The notes under the pieces were generated by a model. That model did no database searches and had not been told where the DNA came from. It saw nothing but the letters and a program-made list of their open reading frames with translations. A DNA stretch of 64,000 nucleotides from Pseudomonadota bacterium (lineage in GTDB: Bacteria; Pseudomonadota; Alphaproteobacteria; Micavibrionales; UBA2020), in NCBI GenBank assembly GCA_023444705.1, contig JAEXMB010000095.1, positions 762-64,761 on the forward strand, in the 5' to 3' direction. Position 1 is the first letter of the stretch. Every line of letters starts with the position of its first letter. Made by a program: the position numbers and the translations under genes. Shown here piece after piece: positions 58,269 to 64,000 of this stretch.

Positions 58269-59024
58269 ATGACCGACAAGAAACCGCCGAAAAAACCTGC
58301 GGGTAAAAAGCCCGCAGGCAAGGCCTCCACCATCAAGAGCAGCAGTCCGAACGGTGGTCCGCGCGGCTTGCAAAAAACCGTGCGCGTCAAGACTCGCGCC
58401 AAGCGCAGCATTTCATCATCGCGCTGGCTGGAACGCCAGCTCAACGATCCTTACGTCGCGGCAGCCAAGGCGGAAGGCATGCGCAGCCGCGCGGCCTACA
58501 AGCTGATCCAGATGAACGAGGAGCTTGATTTCCTCAAAGCGGGGCAGAAGGTCATCGACCTCGGCGCGGCCCCCGGTGGCTGGACGCAGATCGCGGTCGA
58601 GATCGTCCGCCCTGCGGCAACTGGCGGCAAGGTCGTGGCGATTGATTACCTCAATATGGTCGACATCCCCGAAAGCACCTTTATCCAGATGGACTTTATG
58701 GATAACGACGCGCCGCAAAAGCTTATCGACGCTATTGGCGGCACCGCCGACGTCGTGCTGTCAGACATGGCGCCGCCGACCATCGGCCATAAAAAGACCG
58801 ATCACCTGCGCGTGATGGGTCTGGTCGAGGCCGCATATGAATTCGCGTGTGAAATCCTCACGCCCGGCGGCGTCTTCCTGTCCAAGGTCTTCATGGGCGG
58901 GACGGAGAAGGATTTACTTAACGCGATGAAAAAAGACTTCACCAAGGTCAAGCACATCAAACCCCACGCATCACGCGCCGACAGTTCGGAAATGTATGTT
59001 GTGGGCTTGGGTTTTCGCCGCTAA
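58269..59024 (+). CDS. rlmE: 23S rRNA (uridine2552-2'-O)-methyltransferase RlmE/FtsJ with a Lys/Pro-rich N-terminal tail
   Basis: SSRWLERQLNDPYV..., RSRAAYKLIQ, and VIDLGAAPGGWTQ...VLSDMAP...G. Confidence 0.9.
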   Translation: MTDKKPPKKPAGKKPAGKASTIKSSSPNGGPRGLQKTVRVKTRAKRSISSSRWLERQLNDPYVAAAKAEGMRSRAAYKLIQMNEELDFLKAGQKVIDLGAAPGGWTQIAVEIVRPAATGGKVVAIDYLNMVDIPESTFIQMDFMDNDAPQKLIDAIGGTADVVLSDMAPPTIGHKKTDHLRVMGLVEAAYEFACEILTPGGVFLSKVFMGGTEKDLLNAMKKDFTKVKHIKPHASRADSSEMYVVGLGFRR

Positions 59025-59109
59025 AATCAACGCCCTAGAGGTTTTTTAGCCTGTTTGCCGCACCGCACGCCATTGCGGGCGCGGCATGACACGGCGCAGG
59101 GGTCTGTCC

Positions 59110-60477
59110 ATGAAACGAAATTCCACCATCCGCACCGCGCTGGCGTTTGACGACGTGCTGATCGTGCCGTCGGAAACCGGCGTCAAGCCTGCGGATGTGC
59201 AGACGCACACACAGCTGACGCGCAACATTTCCCTGCACCTGCCGCTGGTTGCCGCGCCCTGCGCTCATGTGACCGAAAGCGCGATGGCGATTGCAATCGC
59301 CGAGCTTGGCGGCATCGGCGTCATCCACCGTCACATGCCGCTTGGCAAGCAGGTGGAGGAAGTGCGCCGCGTAAAACGCCGCCAGGCCCATGTCGTAACC
59401 ACGCCAATCACCATCTCGCCCGATGCCTCGCTGGCGGAGGCGATGGATTTGATGGCGACCTATCATGTGTCAGCCCTGCCGGTGATCGAGCAGCCCTCGC
59501 GCGCGGTTGCGGGCATCATCACCCGCCGCGACGTCAACTTTGTCGAGGATGCGGGCCAGCCGGTATCAACCCTGATGTCGCGCGAAGTCGTGACCGCCAA
59601 GCCCGGTGTCAGCCCTGACGTGGCGCGCCAGATCATGCACAAGCACCGCATCGAAAAACTGGTGGTGGTGGACGAGCAGGGGCGCTGCGCCGGTCTTTTG
59701 ACGCTCAAGGACATGGACCGCATCGCGCGTTCGCCCAAGGCCAGCGTGGATGCGCAGGGCCGCCTGCGCGTGGCCGCCGCCGTCGGTACGGGCAAAGAGG
59801 CGCTTGACCGCACCATTGCGATGGCCGATGCGGGGCTTGATGTCGTCTTCATCGACGTTGCCCATGCCCACACGCGCGAGGCGGCGGCGACCATCAGCCA
59901 GATCCGCCAGCAACGCGCCACCGACATTCAGGTTATCGCAGGCAACGTCGTTACGGCCGAGGCCGCGCGCAGTCTGATCGATGCAGGGGCCGACGCGATC
60001 AAAGTCGGCATCGGTGGTGAACCCCACGCACCCACGCGCCGCCTGTCGGGCGTTGGCGTGCCGCAATTACAAGCGGTGCTGGACGTGGTCGAGGCTTGCG
60101 ACATGCAGGACATTCCCGTTCTGGTCGACGGTGGCCTGATTACCGCCGAGCGTTGCGCCAAGGCGCTGGCAGCGGGCGGCCGCGCACTGGTGCTGGATAC
60201 GCTGTTTGCAGGGGCGGAGGAATCCCCCGGCCATGTCGTCTATCATGACGGCAGGCTCTATCGCACGCTTACGCCCAAGGCACCCGTTATCGCGGGGCTG
60301 GCCGATGCGTTGCGCCTTGACGAAGGCGACATTGATACCTCCACCCCCTATACCGGCCCGGTCGCGCATATGGTGGCGGGGCTGATGACGGGTATCGTCA
60401 CCGCAATGGCCTATGCGGGTGCGCGCGACATTGCGCAGTTCCGCAGCAACGCCGAATTTGTGCGTGTGACCGCATGA
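59110..60477 (+). CDS. IMP dehydrogenase/GMP reductase-family protein with a CBS (Bateman) pair but a degenerate catalytic loop
   Basis: ALAFDDVLIVPSE, EEVRRVKR, two CBS motifs, GNVVT and GVGVPQ are conserved. However, canonical GIGPGSICTTR reads GIGGEPHAPTR (60013-60039), the GSLGAM flap is absent, and the C-terminal ...ESHVHD segment is absent. Confidence 0.85.
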   Translation: MKRNSTIRTALAFDDVLIVPSETGVKPADVQTHTQLTRNISLHLPLVAAPCAHVTESAMAIAIAELGGIGVIHRHMPLGKQVEEVRRVKRRQAHVVTTPITISPDASLAEAMDLMATYHVSALPVIEQPSRAVAGIITRRDVNFVEDAGQPVSTLMSREVVTAKPGVSPDVARQIMHKHRIEKLVVVDEQGRCAGLLTLKDMDRIARSPKASVDAQGRLRVAAAVGTGKEALDRTIAMADAGLDVVFIDVAHAHTREAAATISQIRQQRATDIQVIAGNVVTAEAARSLIDAGADAIKVGIGGEPHAPTRRLSGVGVPQLQAVLDVVEACDMQDIPVLVDGGLITAERCAKALAAGGRALVLDTLFAGAEESPGHVVYHDGRLYRTLTPKAPVIAGLADALRLDEGDIDTSTPYTGPVAHMVAGLMTGIVTAMAYAGARDIAQFRSNAEFVRVTA

Positions 60478-61775
60478 CGCCCGCAGCACGCATACAGGCG
60501 GTCATCGAACTATTTGCCGAAGTCATCGACACGCCGCGTCCCGCCGATGCGCTGACCTCGGCCTATTTCCGCTCGCGCCGTTTTATCGGATCCAAAGACC
60601 GCCAGTCCATCATCACGCGCCTCTACCGCCTGATGCGCGCCTATTACCGTCTGTCGTGGTGGGTGCGCAAGGCCAACGTCGAAGTCAATGCGCGCACGCT
60701 GACCATCGCGGGCCTGATTTTGGACCGCGAGCATACGGCGAAATCCATCGGCATGGCTTTTTCGGGTGAGCGCTACGCGCCCGAGCTGCTCAAGCGCGGC
60801 GAGATGATGATGGCCGAAATGCTCGAAGGCAAAGACCTCGCCCCCCCCGAGATGCCGGAAAGCGTGCGTTGCGAATGCCCGCCCTGGGCCGAGGACAGCC
60901 TGCGCAAGGCGCTGGGTGCGCGCTTTGAGGAAGAACTCACCGCGATGCTGAGCGCAGCACCTATGGATGTGCGCGTGAATACCGTCAAGGGCAGACGCGA
61001 CGATGTACTGCGTCAGCTGCAAAAAGAAGGATTCGAGGCCGAGGCAGGCAAGCATTCCCCCAATGCCATCCGCCTGTTTGGCCGCCCGCATATCGTGCAG
61101 CACGAATTGTTCCGCGAGGGCGTGATCGAAATTCAGGACGAAGGCTCGCAAATGGTCGCCGTGGTGGCCGATGCCAAGCCGGGCGAACAAGTGGCCGATT
61201 TTTGTGCAGGTGCCGGCGGCAAGACGCTGGCGCTGGCCGCCAACATGGCCAACAAAGGTCGCGTGGTGGCGATGGATGTGCTGGGTGGCAGGCTCGAGCG
61301 TGCCAAGGAGCGTTTCCGCCGCGCAGGCCTGCACAACATCGAAACGCGCGCGCTGACCAGCGAGCGCGACAAATACGTCAAGCGCCATCAGGATCACTTC
61401 GACCTCGTGCTGGTCGACGCGCCCTGTTCGGGTACGGGTACGTGGCGGCGCGACCCCGACAAACGCTGGCGCCAGCTTGGCCCCGGGCTTGAAACGCTGG
61501 TGCCCTTGCAAAAAAGCATTCTTGAAAGTGCCTGCCGGATGGTCAAGCCGGGCGGGCGTCTGGTCTATGCGACCTGTTCTCTGTTGCCCGATGAAAACGA
61601 AGATCAGGTCGCCGCCTTTCTGGCCGCGCATCCGCAGTTCAAGCGCAGCGGCGACGACCTCAAGATGACGCCTGCCGCGCATAATACCGACGGCTTTTAT
61701 GCCGCTGTTCTGGTGCGCGACGCCAAAGCGAAAGAGAAAGAGCCTGCGGCCAAGACAGGGGACGGGGCGCAATGA
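60474..61775 (+). CDS. RsmB/NOP-family class I SAM-dependent RNA methyltransferase
   Basis: DFCAGAGGKT, DAPCSGTGTWRR and YATCSL motifs. Coupled by ATGA to the IMPDH-like gene. Confidence 0.85.
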   Translation: MTPAARIQAVIELFAEVIDTPRPADALTSAYFRSRRFIGSKDRQSIITRLYRLMRAYYRLSWWVRKANVEVNARTLTIAGLILDREHTAKSIGMAFSGERYAPELLKRGEMMMAEMLEGKDLAPPEMPESVRCECPPWAEDSLRKALGARFEEELTAMLSAAPMDVRVNTVKGRRDDVLRQLQKEGFEAEAGKHSPNAIRLFGRPHIVQHELFREGVIEIQDEGSQMVAVVADAKPGEQVADFCAGAGGKTLALAANMANKGRVVAMDVLGGRLERAKERFRRAGLHNIETRALTSERDKYVKRHQDHFDLVLVDAPCSGTGTWRRDPDKRWRQLGPGLETLVPLQKSILESACRMVKPGGRLVYATCSLLPDENEDQVAAFLAAHPQFKRSGDDLKMTPAAHNTDGFYAAVLVRDAKAKEKEPAAKTGDGAQ

Positions 61776-62644
61776 GCGACGCGCGCAAGACGTCAGTGAT
61801 CGAGCAGGCCGGCGCGCTGGCCAGTTTGCGCGATGCCCTGCGTCTTGAGGCTGAAAAAGTCGCGCATAGCTATCTGCGCGGCCCGCACGGGCGCAAACGC
61901 GCAGGCGCGGGTGAAAAGTTCTGGCAGTTCCGGCCCTATCATCCGGGCGACGTGCCGCGTGACATCGACTGGCGCCAGACGGCCAAGCGCGACGAGGTCT
62001 TTGTGCGTGAACGCGAACATGACGCGGCACAAACGCTGTGGCTGTGGTGCGACCGTACGGCTTCGATGGATTATAGCGGTTCGGGCAAGATACCGACCAA
62101 GTTCGAACGCGCCGAGGTGCTGGCGCTGGCCGCTGCCGTGCTGGCGCTGGAAGGCGGGGAGCGCGTGGGCGTTCTTGGCACCGGACAGCCCGCACGCAGC
62201 CATATCAGCGCGCTGGCGCAACTGCAAAGCCAGCTTGATGAGGCGCCCGCTCTAGATGCCGGCTTGATGCCCGCAGGCAGCCGCGGCGTCACGCTGCTGG
62301 CCAGTGATTTTTATGTCGACACCGCCGTCGTCGATGCGGCTTGCGCCAATTTGCGCGCGCGCGAAAGCCGCATCGTGCTGTTGCAGATCTGCGACCGTGG
62401 CGAGGAAGACCTGCCCTGGCGCGGGCGCGTGCGCTTTGAAGATGCCGAAGCAAGTGACGATGCCATGATGATCGACGACGTCGACGCCCTGCGCGCGGCA
62501 TACCGTGAGAAATTTCAGGCGCACCGCGCCGCATTGGCCGACATCGCGCAACGTCACGGCGGCGTTCTGCTGGCCGTGCGTACCGACGAAGCGGCAGGCG
62601 CTGTTCTGGCGCGCGTGATTGATGCAGTGACGGGGCAGGGATAG
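61772..62644 (+). CDS. DUF58 domain protein (vWA-like, usually MoxR-associated)
   Basis: GEKFWQFRPYHPGDVPRDIDWRQTAK... is the DUF58 signature. Coupled by ATGA to the methyltransferase gene. Confidence 0.85.
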   Translation: MSDARKTSVIEQAGALASLRDALRLEAEKVAHSYLRGPHGRKRAGAGEKFWQFRPYHPGDVPRDIDWRQTAKRDEVFVREREHDAAQTLWLWCDRTASMDYSGSGKIPTKFERAEVLALAAAVLALEGGERVGVLGTGQPARSHISALAQLQSQLDEAPALDAGLMPAGSRGVTLLASDFYVDTAVVDAACANLRARESRIVLLQICDRGEEDLPWRGRVRFEDAEASDDAMMIDDVDALRAAYREKFQAHRAALADIAQRHGGVLLAVRTDEAAGAVLARVIDAVTGQG

Positions 62645-62650
62645 CGCGCT

Positions 62651-64000
62651 ATGTTTGGTTCTCTTTCATTCCTGTTTCCCTGGTTGCTGGCGGCACTGGC
62701 CATTGTGCCGGCCCTGTGGTGGCTGTTGCGCGTGACGCCGCCGCGCCCGCAAGTGGTGCGCTTTCCGGCGTTTTTCCTGTTGCGCGATCTACAGGTCGCC
62801 AGCAAGGCGCCGGCACGCACGCCGTGGTGGCTGTTGCTGTTGCGCTGTTTGCTGGTGGTGTTTTTTATCCTTGCGCTGGCAGAGCCGATTTCGCGCCTGC
62901 AATCCGGCGTGCCGGGCCGCCCTGAGGCGCCCGTGTTGCTGGTCGTCGATAATGGCTGGTCAGCGGCAGTGAACTGGGACAAGCGGCTTGCGCGGATCAA
63001 GACCACGCTGGCACCGCTGCAACGCGATGACCGCGCTGTTTATGTTTTGCCTACTGCGGCAGCGCCCGATGCGGCGCAACCCGCACTGCTTGGCCCTATG
63101 ACGGCGGCGGCGGCGCAGGAGGTCGTGGCGGGCTTGCCGCCGCAATCGTGGCCCGCACAACATGGTGCGGCGGCAAAGCTGGTGGAGGGGATGTCTGGTG
63201 ACAGCTTGCCCGGCTACGCCGTGTTTTTCAGTGATGGCAGCAGCCGCAGCGCGATGGATACACAGGAAATGGTTGCGGCAATGGCCGCCACGGGGGCCGC
63301 GCTTGAACTGGTTGATGATGACAGCGTCAACCGCCCGGTCTTGTTGCGCCGTCTTGATGAAACGCCGGGGCAACTGGCCTTTGAGGTCGAGTTGCTCAAG
63401 CCGCGCGACCAGCAAACATCCATGATGCTTGTGGCAACGTCGGACAGCGGCGCGCTGATTGACGAGCTGCGCTTTGCCATCGCGGCGGGCGAGAAGACAA
63501 CGCGCGTCGACTGGCTGATGGACGAAGGCCTGCGCGAGAAAGTGGCGCGCATTTCCCTGCGCGATCCGCAAATGGCATCAACCGTCTATCTGACCGATGC
63601 GCAATGGCGCCAGCGTCCCGTCGGCATTGTGGCCGACAGCGGGCAAAAGGACAATGCAAGCTTCCTCAACGAAGTATACTACCTCAGGCGCGCGCTTGAG
63701 GGCGACAGCACGCTGGCGCTTGACAGTGTCGAGACGCTGATGGAACAGCAACGCGCGGTGATGATCTGGCCCGACAGCGCGCCGCTGTCAGCGCCGGAGC
63801 GCGCCAAGCTGCTGGAATGGGTAGAGCAGGGCGGTTTCCTGATCCGCTTTGCGGGCCCCACGCTGGCCGCCAATCCCGACGATGCGCTACTGCCCGTCAG
63901 CCTGCGCGCGGGCCAGCGCGCGATGGAAGGCGCCCTGACATGGGAAAAGCCCGTCACGCTGGGCGCGATTGCCGAAAGCAGCCCCTTTTACGGACTTGAC
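62651..64000 (+). CDS. BatA-like N-terminal double-TM domain / DUF4159-type membrane protein (partial, runs off the window)
   Basis: My own translation from the ATG at 62651 is open to nt 64000. It reads MFGSLSFLFPWLLAALAIVPALWWLLRVTPPRP..VRFPAFFLL...TPWWLLLLRCLLVVFFILALAEP, the aerotolerance-operon N-terminal domain pattern. The ORF is absent from the track only because it has no stop inside the window. Confidence 0.75.
   Translation, partial: MFGSLSFLFPWLLAALAIVPALWWLLRVTPPRPQVVRFPAFFLLRDLQVASKAPARTPWWLLLLRCLLVVFFILALAEPISRLQSGVPGRPEAPVLLVVDNGWSAAVNWDKRLARIKTTLAPLQRDDRAVYVLPTAAAPDAAQPALLGPMTAAAAQEVVAGLPPQSWPAQHGAAAKLVEGMSGDSLPGYAVFFSDGSSRSAMDTQEMVAAMAATGAALELVDDDSVNRPVLLRRLDETPGQLAFEVELLKPRDQQTSMMLVATSDSGALIDELRFAIAAGEKTTRVDWLMDEGLREKVARISLRDPQMASTVYLTDAQWRQRPVGIVADSGQKDNASFLNEVYYLRRALEGDSTLALDSVETLMEQQRAVMIWPDSAPLSAPERAKLLEWVEQGGFLIRFAGPTLAANPDDALLPVSLRAGQRAMEGALTWEKPVTLGAIAESSPFYGLD

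Noticed and set aside
56786-58444. 552-aa minus-strand ORF
   Set aside because: It is antisense to mmsA and the 5' end of rlmE. It has no motifs.
60510-62195. 561-aa minus-strand ORF
   Set aside because: It is antisense to the NOP-family methyltransferase and DUF58 genes. It is Arg/Pro/Ala-rich.

Overview
This is a GC-rich chromosomal segment. Third codon positions are mostly G/C, and every real gene carries long Arg/Ala-rich antisense 'shadow' ORFs. Gene content and synteny look alphaproteobacterial: rpiB-glyA-nrdR-nusB, pcm-tolC-popZ(DUF2497), tamA-tamB, rlmE-guaB-like-NOP methyltransferase, and DUF58 followed by a BatA-like double-TM protein. I call about 55 protein-coding genes, many translationally coupled through ATGA or TAATG overlaps, and 3 tRNA genes (Cys-GCA, Asn-GTT, Gly-TCC). 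I found no rRNA, CRISPR array, transposase, integrase or obvious prophage. Most of the window is housekeeping, covering translation, central metabolism, envelope biogenesis and efflux. Seven loci deserve a second look. (1) At 55.7-56.7 kb, a two-gene cassette encodes a signal-less homologue of protein-glutaminase with an intact Cys-His-Asp triad, followed by a tightly linked 67-aa ORF; this may be a toxin/immunity-type pair. (2) At 24.1-27.7 kb, nadV (Nampt) is followed by an unusual fusion of an archaeal-type NadM NMN-adenylyltransferase-like domain to a PRPP-synthetase domain, and is preceded by a perfect 9-5-9 palindrome. (3) The gene in the guaB syntenic slot is an IMPDH homologue with Bateman domains but with the catalytic Cys loop replaced. 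(4) A long, highly divergent SAICAR-synthase-like protein. (5) A 231-aa orphan carrying an exact Coq4-type HDxxH-x11-E motif. (6) An acyltransferase-3/SGNH gene bracketed by tRNAs, next to a TPR-GT41 (OGT-like) glycosyltransferase. (7) A secreted protein with two EF-hands whose start codon interdigitates with that of lepA. All functional calls come from reading motifs in the supplied translations and from remembered family signatures. No database search was possible.
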